A stretch of DNA of 64,000 nt from Laetmonice hystrix (taxonomy: Eukaryota). This document shows, piece after piece, positions 23,267-37,000 of the stretch. The notes below the pieces were generated by a model. It searched no databases. It saw nothing but the letters and a program-made list of their open reading frames with translations, and was not told where the DNA came from. Every line of letters begins with the position of its first letter. Position 1 is the first letter of the stretch. The position numbers and the translations under genes are program-made. The stretch lies in the NCBI GenBank assembly GCA_965235115.1, contig OZ249436.1, forward strand, positions 7,814,001 to 7,878,000. The letters run 5' to 3'.

Positions 23267-23563
23267 CTGGTGTAACTTCAGATTACCCCCCATTGAAGTT
23301 ATCTCCCCCCCCCCCCCCGGTAATCTGAAGTTAGCGTCAAATCCCCCCCTCCCAGTTAACTTCGGATAAAAAATGTTTAGCGCGTTAATTCAAATAGACC
23401 TAGCCCTAAAAACTTACCTTAACCCTGACCGAGGGGCTTACCCCCCCCCCCCCCCCCCGGTAATTTGAAACCAACTTCAGATTACCGGGGGGTAATTTGA
23501 AGTTAACTTCAGGTTACCCCCGGTAATCTGATTGGGGGGGGGGACCTGAAATTGGGACACCTG
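23267..23563. mobile_element. TA-flanked foldback-type MITE with internal inverted sub-repeats
   Basis: TA|CTGGTGTAACTTCAG ... CTGAAATTGGGACACCTG|TA, with multiple AACTTCAGATTACC / GGTAATCTGAAGTT copies in both orientations. Confidence 0.6.
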
Positions 23564-26409
23564 TATTAATTATCAGGGGATTTATTTAAAGAAAAAAGTG
23601 AGAAACGCCCCAACCAAGAGTGTGGGAAACGTAAGAGATTGTTTAGACCGGGTTTAGCCTTTGGGCAGTTTGAGCGAATTAATCCGCTCCGTAATGAGGG
23701 ACTGTGTGTTGTTGATGTGTGTTTCCTTCAGACAAAACACGAGTTGTCATTCAAAACGATTCATTATCCCCTTTGAGCAATGTCTCTCCTTGTTTCATTC
23801 TTTTGATTGGTGAAGGTTTTATCCATAGTTCGTCAGATATTTGAAATGGTCTAGAATTTGATTGTCTTCGCCATAGGTTCTGCATGAAAATTCATTTTTA
23901 TCTATCTTTTTCGAAAAAGAATTGGACTTTAGATGAATTTCAGAAAGTATAATACATGCTTTCTGAAACCAAAAGGGCTCATCGTGTTATAATTTATGAA
24001 ATTATTAGAAATAATTTAAATGGGAAAGTGATTGATCGTAAAATAGTAATGAAAACATTTTTTATTTTTCATTTGACACATACTGTAGTTATTTATCCAG
24101 GCTATTACAAAAAGTCGTCAGAGTTAAAAGTAATCTGTTACTGTGATTCGGAAGAAAAGAAATGAAAGTATTTTTATAATGACTTGGATTTAATTGATTC
24201 TATCTAAGCATTGTTAAAGACCGGTTGGTCCCTGGCTGACAGCCTTGATGGAGGGCCCCGCCATGTATGGAGGGGTGTTTGATTGTTTTAACAGTCAGGA
24301 CTGAGCCTAGTGCTCGTAATGAACACTGGCTCAATAAGCAAGGTAAAATAATAAACATGGGTAAATTAAAGAACGTGAATAGATTTGATCGTGAATCAGT
24401 TACTGGTATAGGTTAATTTTGATTCCCTATGGACAGGCACCGTTTTCATAGTAAATTCTTTATCAGGGTCGTGTACAGATTTCTTTTATATCTGTTAGGA
24501 TCGTGAAGAAATGATGCCCCTCTCGCTCAATCGTTCTGCATAATTCAATATAAAAAGATTGATTTTTTCCTGACATTTTAACACTGAATAGGTCAAAGAT
24601 ATTTAGACTGTACCAACAAACAAAAACCAAGTAAATGAAGTATTTGGCCACCACCGTTAAACATCTCTCGGAACTATTAGGTCAAAACTGACCGTCAAAA
24701 AGGGAGATAGAACACAGCAAACAAAGCTCTAAACCCTCTGAGAAAAACACTTATGTTTGTGTAAGGTAAAAATAAATTGCTGAAAAGGTTTAAGATATAT
24801 TTTCCTGGAAGCAGCCTTACTATACACATGTGTGTGCGCTTTGATAAACGTTAAGACCAGAAGATCCCTCCAGAAGTAGTTTGTTAGGCGTTTTTAGGAC
24901 CCGAAGATTACTCTTTGATACAACTCACATTCATCCCATTTAAAGCCAAGTGGTTTTGAATGAGTGCCAATAAGATTCTTCCAGTCCGTGTTTAAACATG
25001 TGAAGGGCTTTTGAAATCTGAAAATGTCTGATTTTATATTGGTGCCGATTTGAAATGTAGGCCAAGTGTGTTTGAGAGATAATGAAAACACAAGTGGTCT
25101 CCACATGCACCCGAAGCTGATAAGCTCTGACGCGGATGAGCCGTTGAGAAGGTACTGCAGCGATAACAACGACCCAGAGAATCGTTGTAGTTTCCTAATT
25201 TGCTGTCTCGAGTGTTTGGATCCTCATCGATTAGCAATTGTAATGCTGTGTCTGATCAAACAACGGGAAAGGTCAAAATCTGGAAGGTCATGACATCATG
25301 GAGGAGAGTGACGACAGTTGCGCTCCAGGGTGCGCCTCCACAGCCATATCCACGTGGACTTTAGGCCGTGATGTTCGAGGGGTGGTTCTTCCCAATGACA
25401 CTGGACGCCAAACGTCTAACCACGCAGCCCTAATAATGTTGAGACTGTCGCAGCTTGAGTTTTGTGTGTATTTGTTTGGCCTTTTTTAGTTTTTTTTTTT
25501 ATATATGTTTACGTTGAAGGAGGCATGTCGGAGTACTTAGTCGGGTGTATCTTTAGATAAGGACTTGCAGGTGTAACCTGCTCTGACAGTACGTGTCATT
25601 AAAACCTTCTTCCCAATATACTCGAGTGAATGAGATCATTACACGGTCAAATTTTCACATGACAAGTGTCATCAGACGTTGCCACTCCCCAAAGAATTGC
25701 TAAGTCTACATTGCAGACTCTACATTTATTATGGAGTAAACGTTCGTTTAATATTTACTCATGAAAATACATGCATTTTCGTACGTATTTACCGATCTTA
25801 GATTGTCAGTAGAAAGAGGTAAACTCAGAACAAGTCCCCTCTTTCTTAGAACAAGTCTCTTCTTTCTTCTTACCAGAACTGGTATGTCTGGCCGTCAGGT
25901 GCGATATCAGTTCTGCAAATGTCCACTAGGGGTCAGCACAGGCGGGTGGCCGGCGGGACGTCCCAGATAGCTAGACCCAGCGGTAAATCCGGTGGCCGAC
26001 CGACCGCCGTATCAGATGACAAGTCAAACAGGGACTGGTGTTTGTGTTGGCACCGCCAGGGGGCACTGATCCGGGCAGCCCCTACCGGCCATGTTTATAA
26101 TCTGGATGAGGGTTCCCGGTGAGCAGCTCACAGAGGATTACAGCTATCTCAGGCTTAGTGGGCAGACCTTGAGGGATTACTGGTGCAGTGTGGGTTGTGA
26201 TGGTTTGGGGGGGGGGGTTGAAGTGCTCTATGCTGACCACTGAGATACGTGGCCGTGAGATCAGCTGAATAAACAACGGGGATACATGGTCGGGTCACCT
26301 TGGTGCTACTGGTGTTGGTGCACTGAGAGTGTTGGTGCATAGCTAATGGTGATACGGATGGGGGGGGGGGGGGGGGGTAGGGGGGGGGGTAGGGAGGTGG
26401 TGGATATGG

Positions 26410-26908
26410 ATCTAGTACTGGTGACGGTGGGCGGGGCATAGATGTTGTGCTGGTGATGGTGGGTGGGGCATAGATCTGGTGCTGGGTGGGTGTGGCATAG
26501 ATCTGGTGCTGGGTGGGTGGGGCATAGATGTTGTGCTGGTGACGGTGGGTGTGGCAGAGATCTGGTGACGGTGGGTGGGGCATAGATGTTGTGCTGGTGA
26601 TGGTGACGGTGGGTGTGGCATAGATCTGGTACTGGTGACGGTGGGTGTGGCATAGATCTGGTATGGTGACGGTGGGTGTGGCATAGATCTGGTATGGTGA
26701 CGGGGGCAGTAGCGTACCCTGGGGGGGGGGGGGTGCGCTTGCTGCCCACAGCCCCCTCCCAATTTGCAGCGCCTACGACGTTGGTTATTTCCATCACCCC
26801 CCTGGCTCCAGTTTCTGGGTACGCCACTGGGTGGGTGGGGCATAGATGTGATGCTGGTGACGGTGGGTGGGGCATAGATGTAATGCTGGTGACGGTGGGT
26901 GGGGCATT
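26410..26908. repeat. G-rich minisatellite, about 27-32 bp units (TGGTGACGGTGGGTGGGGCATAGAT...)
   Basis: Repeated GGTGGGTG[G/T]GGCATAGAT cores, preceded by poly-G at 26360-26400 and interrupted by a MITE. Confidence 0.85.
26707..26829. mobile_element. Small hAT-like MITE inside the G-rich minisatellite
   Basis: TIRs CAGTAGCGTACCC / GGGTACGCCACTG. The minisatellite phase resumes on either side; the target duplication is not cleanly resolvable. Confidence 0.6.
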
Positions 26909-26922
26909 GAATCATGAAGGAA

Positions 26923-27856
26923 TATACGGTATAGCAGTATTGTACGGTATAGCGGTATTGTACGGTATATCGGTATAGCGGTATTGTACGGTGTAGCGGC
27001 ATTTACGGTGTAGCGGGCATTGTACGGTGTAGCGGCATTGTACGGTGTAGCGGCATTGTACGGTGTAGCAGCATTGTACGGTGTAGCAGCATTCTACGGT
27101 GTAGCGGCATTCTACGGTGTAGCGGCATTGTACGGTGTAGCGGCATTGTACGGTGTAGCGGCATTGTGCGGTATATCGGTATAGCGGTATTGTACGGTGT
27201 AGTGGCATTTACGGTGTAGCGGGCATTGTACGGTGTAGCGGCATTGTACGGTGTAGCAGTATTGTACGGTATAGCGGTATTGTACGGTATAGCGGTATTG
27301 TACGGTATAGCGGTATTGTACGGTATAGCGGTATTGTACGGTATAGCGGTATTGTACGGTGTAGCAGTATTGTACGGTATAGCCGTATTGTACGGTGTAG
27401 CGGTATTGTACGGTGTAGCAGTATTGTACGGTATAGCAGTATTGTACGGTATAGCCGTATTGTACGGTACATCGGTATTGTACGGTATTGTATGGTATGG
27501 CGGTATTGTACGGTATAGCCGTATTGTACGGTACATCGGTATTGTACGGTATTGTATGGTATGGCGGTATTGTACGGTGTAGCAGTATTGTACGGTATAG
27601 CAGTATTGTACGGTATAGCGGTATTGTACGGTATAGCGGTATTGTACGGTATTGTATGGTATGGCGGTATTGTACGGTGTAGCAGTATTGTACGGTATAG
27701 CGGTATTGTACGGTATAGCGGTATTGTACGGTATAGCGGTATTGTACGGTATAGCGGTATTGTACAGTATAGCGGTATTGTACGGTATTGTACAGTATAG
27801 CGGTATTGTACGGTATTGTACGGTATAGCCGTATTGTACGGTATAGCGGTATTGTA
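26923..27856. repeat. Minisatellite, 18 bp unit GTATTGTACGGT[A/G]TAGC[G/A]
   Basis: About 50 units with GCATTG/GTATTG and 10-bp deletion variants. It is the source of the YNTAIP / RTIPLY ORFs. Confidence 0.95.
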
Positions 27857-30800
27857 GGACATACTCAGGTGATAAGACTATCACTGATTGCTTCCGTTTT
27901 ATTCCACCTACAGGTGACTTTGTCCAGTGTTGACGTACGTTACTAAGATACGATATGAGCCTAACGTTTCAGTATTTGAAATGACAGCTGATTCCTTCTG
28001 TATCTACAAACATTGATATCTGTCCTGATCTGGCTGATATATACTTCTATCTGTGAGAAGAAGTCATGTGGTATGCCTGCCATGTGACACCTGCTCACCT
28101 AAGAATCTTGTATTTCAAGATAAGACTTATCTTATTGAAGGAGGATCAGTCAAATGTACAAGTGGCGTGTCAAACCACATATATGAGATCATTCTGATTC
28201 ATATTTGAGCTTCTGGGTCTGACTTTCTCCTCAATACAGTTCTGTTTTGTCATAAGTTCACGTATTCACCGTTTCTCCTTGCGTAACTAGCTGATCTAGT
28301 ATGACACGCGGTCAGTAGATCTGAAGTTTCTACCTTTTTTTATCGTATACTCCCTATTGATTTGGTACCATGGGTTACTATTGATGTGTGAGACTAAGCT
28401 GTCGTTGATGAGGCGCTCCTTTACTATTGATGTGGCGGTCTGATGGATTGCTATTGACGTGACCCCACAGTTAGGTGTGGGTGGGTCTGAGAGCTGTGAG
28501 AGAGAACAGCACAGAGTGATCGAGAGTATCGGAGAGTGAGATGGTCTCTGCTCGCTGGTCAGGCCACAGTGTAGGGGTGTCCGAACCTGCCCCCCCCCCC
28601 CTGTTTCGACACCCCCTTACCTGTCTGCCTATCTCTCTATATTATATACCAGTATTTATTCCAGGCCACCATCTATGTACCGGTACTTGTCACTTTTGTT
28701 TCTTCCTGCCTTTCTCTGTCTGTCTGTGTGTCTCTGTCTTTATATCTTTCTCTCGCTCTATTCGACTATCTTCCTATTTCTCTGTACTATTTATTTTCCG
28801 CATGTTTCAATCGCTGTCTCCTGCCTATCTGTCACCGTACCTTCCTGTCCGTCTCTATGTCTTCCTGTCTGTCTACAACCTGCGTGTTTTTTGCCTGTCG
28901 TTGACACCCATTTCTATTGCTGCCAGTCACAGGAACACGTAACGTCGTTTGCTGTCTTCAGTGTTGGCCCCTTTTTTCAGCCCGGTTTGTGATGTAATAA
29001 TCGTCCTTGTGCACATCATTCCATAATTGTCTAAAGTCTTTGTTAACCACAGTCAAAATACGAGTTGATTGTGAGATCAAAGTAAGACTTCACAGTGTCA
29101 GGTTCGCATCGTCCTCAGGAAATCTTTTTAGGAAGGGTAATCGCCCCCATATAGAAAATCTGTGTTCGGAACTCGAAACTACATGTTGACAAAAACCGAT
29201 CGTCAGTTTGGTTGGTTAGTGGTTTAGAGGTGGGTATAATAGGCTGAAAGTATAAACTATCATTTTTGAATATTTTAGATTAGAAAGGTCATCCACAAGA
29301 AGACAGGGATATTCTCATTTTGCTCAGGCAAAAAGAATTCTCAATTATCTGTTATACGTTTCTAATAAAAACACCATATTATTCATAATGCCTGCTGTTT
29401 CTAAAAAAGTAAATTACGAATAAAGTTTAGATTGCAATAGAAGTGAAGCCGTTAAGATGTAAATACGAGGATATATAATACACGGATGCTGGGATTCTTA
29501 GAAGTGACTTGTTCAAACACGAAAAAAAGTGAAATATTGTGGTAAGCGTTCGCCGTTTCTGCTGTATAGACATTACACGTTATTGAGGGAGCGTTTGTCG
29601 TGTACATAATGCATTTGTTTGCAAGAACTCGCTGACGTAGAAAGTAAATATTCCTCATCGACCACGAGGTGGGAGTTCTGTCTGCATATGATACCGGTAA
29701 AAATTACAGTACAAACATCAAAGTCCAGCCTACAACCATGGACAAATACTATATCTATGTCCATACACCATTGATATGCATCTTTTTATATATTAGTTTA
29801 TATCTATATTTTTTTGCTACTAAGAAAAAAAAATCATTTGCCACATCAAGGTTTCATGTCACATCCGCGACAAAAATACCGTTTTGTGATTAAAATTACG
29901 CTGGCCACAAGTGTATGTGGACAGTGCATACCCGGGTACTAACTATATTGGTTTCTGAAGAAAAGAACACAAAGGGTTGGCCAGCGTTGATCTATGATTA
30001 ATACTTGGAGTGCACTCTTCACTGGGCTGTCCCCACTGTGTATATGAAGCAGCCAATATGCCAAATGTGTCAGCCCAGCGATTCCAACACGTCCGTGGCT
30101 CGAGTGGTGGCTCTTATCGCCTCAAGGGTGGGTTTGGTCTCACTCGACGGCCACTAGGGCGCGCCACTGTTTCCAGGCTGCTGCAGGAGCACCTCCTTGT
30201 GGGCCCCGCCAAATGTACCTGAAAAAACGGCCTTTATTGAAAGTGACGTCATTCAAAGGCAGCCGTCAAAACCCTCCTGTTTTTGAGTGGCGAGTCCAGT
30301 CACGTGATCCAGCACTCCCATGATGTGGGCCATCGTACCGTTGATTATTGTCAAGTCCTCAATTATTTCACTGTTTATTGAACCCGCCAAGCACCCTTCA
30401 GGAACCTTTTTCACCCTTGAAAAGATCTTTTGTCAGGGCAGCCTGCATTTATGTGGGGCGGAGAGAAGAAGGATTTTGTTATCTTTTCGGAACATCCTTG
30501 TTAGCTCAACGGTCAATTGTTTGGTCGGTCAACGACCGGTCATAAAAACCATGCCGTTACCAATGTATATATCCTCATGTGTGTATCTTTGTTCATATTG
30601 TCTCTCACGGTATCTTCAGAAAGACCACTCTAGCGATAGGTCAAAACGCCCTCCACGTTTGTACTGATTAGGCCTGTATCTAATCCACTCAACGAGTCCA
30701 GTTTCCCAAATCGAAAGATGAAGTGGATAAACCCGAAGACGAATTATCATCGTCCAAGATAAACTTTGCCAGGTTTAACCTCCTGAAAAATGTAAAAGTC

Positions 30801-30867
30801 AGAACTTAGGCCTAATTGACCGTTAGATTCTGATCTTTGGATTTACTTCCAAGCTAGTATTTGCCGA

Positions 30868-31050
30868 TAGTCAGTCAGACAGACAGTCAGTCAGTCAGTC
30901 CAGACAGTCAGTCAGTCAGTCAGATAGTCAGTCAGTCAGACAGTCAGTCAGTCAGTCCAGACAGTCAGTCAGTCCAGACAGTCAGTCAGTCAGACAGTCA
31001 GTCCAGACAGTCAGTCAGTCAGTCCAGACAGTCAGTCAGTCAGTCAGTCA
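30868..31050. repeat. (AGTC/AGAC)n compound microsatellite
   Basis: Direct reading of tetranucleotide repeats. Confidence 0.95.
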
Positions 31051-34000
31051 TTGGGTGAGGACAAATTTGAAAGTGTACCACAGGAATAATTCTCGTTTCC
31101 TTAACAATATGGGATCGTGACAGCTTGACCAGTGTCACGTTTATAAGTTCTAAGAGGAAGCCATTTTCACTTGAATGTTAGATCTTCTACATGATCCGTT
31201 TGAGTTATAGAAGTTGTGAATTTGGTCCTGAGTTGACCCTCTGTATGGGTTTTCTGATGGTCGTCTTATGTTGGCCACCAGGTGGCCAGAGTTGGTTCTT
31301 GATGTGGCCACCAGAGGGTGGTACAAAACGTTGCCTGCGCCACTGTTGGTCGCCTCCTCGCTGTTGCTGCCGGTAGCATTAAAACAATTTTTTGGCATTT
31401 CATGTCATATGACGAGTCTCTTTTTAGAATCCTTAAACGGAATTATGGTGTTGTTTCTGTCTAAATTTGAATCAAGACAGCTTTCGGCTTGACACTTATG
31501 ATTAAAGAAGACTTACAACTGCATGTTATTAATCACGTCCTTGAAGGTGACTGGAGAGTGAGCCCAGACCGCGTTTTCCCACGCCGAGTGGTGCCTTGAC
31601 CACGAGCCCTCTCACTCACTGACCACGCCCTGCCAACGATCCTCTGTTATTACCGTAAAACCTTGCTTCATGCGGACATCAATTGAATTCTAAGATAGTA
31701 CCCGTTTTTTACATTGTCGGATACGTTAAGTTTTCGAGCCCGAGTAAACCATGTTAAAGAATTGCAACCTATTGAACTGGCCAAAGGATCTACAAGGCAG
31801 TTAGCAAGATTCCATCAAACAAAAATAGTACCTAAACAAAATATGTTGCCCATAGACAAGGCGGGGAAATGCTGCTCTTCAGAAATAAATGTTTTTGTGG
31901 CCGTTGTTAGCATAAAGGTACTGAAATAGTAACCTTACCAGGAAGTTATTATGGAAGAAAATGACAGGCGCTGAGCTAACATGTCTGGTTGACAATACAT
32001 GTGTATTGTGTGATACATAAACAAAATATTTTATATAACGAATGAGTCCAGTCAAACACTGGATGAATCAAGTTGGTGAGTGTGAAATGCCTGGTGGCCG
32101 TTAGTTTGAAGAGAAGGATCAGCTGATAAGTGGTTACATATTGAAATAATGACAGTCTCCTGAGTTCCGTTTTCTGTTTCCTAATGCCTCGTTCGCTGTC
32201 TTTCGACCGCCCCTAATAAGTTAATCACAAGACGCTGAAGGTCATCATATTTCTGACTGCAAGGACATATTTTATAGAAAGATTCAAGAAAAAAAATGGT
32301 GGGCAGGCCAAATCGTGTAACACCTGTTGATGAGGTGTCGGGTGCTATGAAGGGCGTGTTTGGCTTGGCGCGTTGCTAGGAGACCGTCACGTGCTGGGGT
32401 CCGGTTGCGCAGGACGTAGCGTCCTGAGGACGGGCCTACTTGCCGCGTTGCTCCATAACGTGTCAGCTCAGCCATTATTGCTAATCGCACGGCGGATGTC
32501 AAGTAAAGCGCAAACAGTGCTCATAGGTTGGTGCATATTGCAGTACACTCTATAACTGACATCGAGAGAACAGTTAATGTCTTTGTCTCCAACAGAGGGC
32601 GGGCCGGCGTGATCTGGCCGGAGCAGTGACAGTCAAAGGTTGATAGGCGTAGAATGAGGTGTGCTCCGTTGGCTGAGTACTCGAGTTAAGTAATAATGGA
32701 GAAGCTGCCAAGTGTTTGCTATAGATAACAGCCTGTGGCAACTGATTATGAGGTGGTCGGAGAAAGCTCTTGTCTGCACATGCTGTTCGCTCATTGACTC
32801 AGAGGCCATGGGAAGAGCGCCAAGCGTGGCGATACGGAACTGGCGGTCTAGGCACTATCGGCCTTGTCACTGCAGTGAAGGCACACAGGCATACACAACC
32901 CCACATCCCCACAAACTTGAGAAATGATCAGTCAATAACGGCACAAGAAGTCTTGGTAACTGTTATGGTATCCATAAGAAATTGTGTAAGTCACAACGAA
33001 TGTGCCAAACCAGACGACAGTCTGTATCTGTGGTACGGGTTTACGGTACATTTCGTGCGAATTGCTTTGCCTATTAAAAGATAAATAAAATGAACTAAAA
33101 TCCTGCCTGACACTTCATGCAATTTGCGTTTATCAATAATTTTATCAAGGTGACCTTTATTCTATCTGACAATTTCACCCAAACATTGTAATATTTCCAC
33201 AGGTTTCCTGTCTGTATGAAGTTGATAATACGGGTCCCATTGTTACAGGTTATGAATGTCAGGACAAAAGTGCAGGTGTTTTTGACAATGTGTATGATTC
33301 CAAACATTTTTCACATAACAAACAAGCGTGCATGGTCGCCAGGTGTTTGTAGAAATGTCGATAGACAACACAATTAACAGCCGTTCAAATATCCAGCTTT
33401 CCAGGCGAAAAAAGAGAAACAAACATGCCACATGGGAGTGATATCACGCACCTGGACGGATGGAATTTCAGACGATTCACCCACAAAATGCTACTGTTTC
33501 TTACGTCATTGATATGGGAAATTTACATATTCAATATTTTACATATACTGTGGGCTATGAGGTAGGCCTATTATTTTCTTTCTGTTTATATGTAGAATTG
33601 AGGAGATTGCTTTTGGGGAAATCTTAAGCCAAATGTATGTTTTAGCAATCAAGTTTATATTTTTAGTAATCTCCGTCTGTTGTTGAACAGTTGATCTATA
33701 TGTTGTTTCGCCAGGGGTTGGTCCGTTGAGGAGGGGGTGGGGGGGGGGGGGTAGGCAGGTAGATGTGGGATCAGGGCGTCACCACCAGCGTCAGTTTTGA
33801 ACCCCTGTTGATAATTTACCCCGAGGCCCCTAAGCCCTTGTTGGGCTGTGAGCCCGGCGTTCAGGTGTCCGATTTACCTGTGGCTGAGTGTTGACCCAGG
33901 GTGACAGGCCTGTTGACTGTCAGCCTTCATTCTCCACCAGGGGGCGCTGACTCAATACCTCTGATCCGATCTGCCAACAGGAGGGGGAAACTCACACCCC

Positions 34001-37000
34001 TCTACAACTGTGAAATGGGGCCAAAAACCGTATTTTTCACGAACAATTAACAAGGAAGTTCATATCCATAATCACTGTTTATTGTGTGTGATTGAGAAGC
34101 CAGTCTTATATTAAACCGTTGGAATATTACACGGGTGTCTAAAACTAAATGGTTGGGGGGGTCAAGCCTATGCCTTGATAGGGCGGATCTATATATTGGA
34201 GGATTGGAGGAGGGGGCACCTGTTATTATGACAACAAGCTTCCTGTGCCTGTTTTTGGGACTTGACAATATGATTAAGGGACGAGAAAATGGAACTTTAT
34301 TCGCACAGTGAACAGATCCTAGAATGTCAAGATCTGTGGTCTATAAGATTTATGTAGCCTATCTGATCAATGTGATATTTATTGTCCCCCTTATCAAAAT
34401 AAAATGCGCCGGCGATTAGGCCTATCACGGTCCAGTAGATTGATATATAATGGTATTATCAGTTAGCATGGATGAAAGTAGACGGCTTATGTTCACAAAG
34501 ATTATCCCACAGATAATACTTGCCCAATGGATTACCTGGGTCACTTGTCTGTCGGCGGTCCCGATGTTTATAGGCCTACACGGCGCAGGTACAAGTGGTT
34601 GCTTTCGCGCGTGCGTAGACTGCGCCGGCCGCCAGGGGGACAAACAGACCACGGGACGCGCTGACGTGGTGTGGTGAGGGCGATAATCAGATTAACGGCC
34701 GACTTGGAATGTTTGGGTAAACAGGGCACAAAGATGAGTCAAAGTAAACGGGCGTCCAATCGGGACACCTTCCGCGCAGGCGCGTCCTACCCGGGCAAGC
34801 AATGGTTCAAACAAGGAAGGGCATTGTCTCATTCAACGGGTCCTCGCTGAGGACGTTCAGGCATAAACAGGGGACTAAAACAGGGGCGGATCGAGGATCT
34901 TAGAAAGGATGAGAGCGTTTACAGAAAGGGAAAGGAAAAGTGGTCAAAAGGACGGAAGCAAGAATGAAAGCTTTGAGAAAGGGGATTCAATATGGGTCAA
35001 CCCAGAAAACTTTGTTAGAACATCAGAAAAGTTTGTGCAAAAAGCTGGTTAAGGCGGCCTGGAAACTCCCTGACTATTCCCTTGATTAAATAGGTTCTGG
35101 GTAGAACTTGTATGCTGTTTCCTCTACTAGACTATCTTACTATCTAGTTACATATATTAGGCCTAGGTTCATTCACATCTTTGTCGCACCACAGAGGTCC
35201 CACGAATTAGGCGCTAGTGCCTCAGGGAAGAGTGCGATATCTTTTTTAGTATTTAAGCAGATAGCTTATCAATTGTATTTGTCACTATCAGTAGCCTCAA
35301 GATGTCACCCCGTTATGTCTGTCTGTATTTTTTGTTCCATTTTTTCCTCTTTTTTTTAATGCCCATGTTCTAGTATATCTTAGAAACATGGGTCCTTTGA
35401 AAGCCGATACAATAATCATTTCATGTATGTATTGACACCTGCCCGAATCTTATTGAAGCCTTTTAGTTTGTGTTGTGCATTAATGTGTTTACTGTGAAAT
35501 ATCCTAAATCTGAAGGTTCTGTTTGTCCCTTGGTATTATGCACAGAGGAGAGAATAACCTTGGAGTCCCCCCCCCCCGGCGTTCTGCTCCTGTTGAGGTA
35601 GAACAGGAAGGGGGGGGGGGGTGTAAACGATGTGATTGAAGAACCCCACCAATGGCGGCGACTGTAATCTGTCAGTCCTGTACCACCTGTCAGGTGACCG
35701 TACGCCAACAACAGCTGTATCATTCTCAACAATCTCACTCTCAGATCAGTCTCAAATCGGAGAAAAAACAAACACTGGGACGGTCACAAATTAATTTATT
35801 CACACTTTGCTTTCCCAAAGGCTCCTTTTTTCGCCATGTGTGTGAAAATGAGGCTGATTGTTGTCTTTCAGAGGGATGGTATACAGTCATGCTGACAGCT
35901 GTCACTATAGTGACAAGAAAGCGTCCACTCAAAACGTTTTACACAACGACATACACATAGTGTTTGGCGTCTGGGACATTTCATGGTTTCTATTTGCCAT
36001 TATTATATGTTTTTCATGCCCAGAGAAGACTACACGTAGTTTTCTTTGAGCTGTTTGTCGTTTAAAGGAGTAGGCTTTCTACTTGCCAGGAAAGTTCACC
36101 CTATTGAAGACGAGCAGGGATGTTTTGAAATACAGCAATTTTTTACTTGAACGGATAACGAATATATTATTGGTTGGTTTTTGCTACTGAGGGGATTTAA
36201 AATATTAGTTTCAAGTAATGATCTGCCAAGAGTATTATATGTGTGATTTATTATCATGAAAATTCCCATTGTATTTAGTGTTATTAAATACGAGAATAGC
36301 AATTCCATAATGTTCATCAAGATGCCGTATCTACATTAAGACACGTTGTTACGGATATTTATTTAGCTCTAATCTCATAATATTATTCAAGTAATTTCTG
36401 TATATACAATGAATATAATATCAGAAATGTGTGTGAGATCCGTGGAGAATCAGGCGACCCCCTCCCCCAAGGATCAAGCCAGATTTTTGCGCAAAAAAAA
36501 ATAAAGAAATTCTTGTAAATTCAAATAGTTTAGTGCAATATTGCAATTCGTGCAAATCTCATTCAGTGACAGCCCTGGCTGTAAGTCTACTTTCTTTCGA
36601 AAGGTCCACTCTTTCTAAAGTAAAAGCCCCCCCCCCCCCCGCCTCCTCTTCGCCTGCCCCGCCCCCACCCCCTTGGAAATCCTGGTTACGGGCAGTATCA
36701 AACCAGCCACTTCAGGCGAGAAGTTGGCTCGACCCAGTCGTGAAAAGTTGGTGTGTGTTTAGTTGGTCCACCTCATCATTATGGATGAGATGGAGCAGAC
36801 TTGGGCCAAGTCGAGGTAGACTTCTATGAGCCAGGCCATATACTGTTGATTATTGAGACATCTTATTTGCCCTGACCACATATTAGTATAAGAGCGGACA
36901 GCATGGAAAGTCATGCATGCAGCACAGGTATTTATTGATGCGGTCAGATTTCAGCGTCGAATTTACGTTGTACACAGAGCGTGACTGTATGAGCACATGG

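Noticed and set aside
26155..27884. Pro/His-rich and YNTAIP-type ORFs up to 293 aa
   Set aside because: They coincide exactly with minisatellites on both strands.
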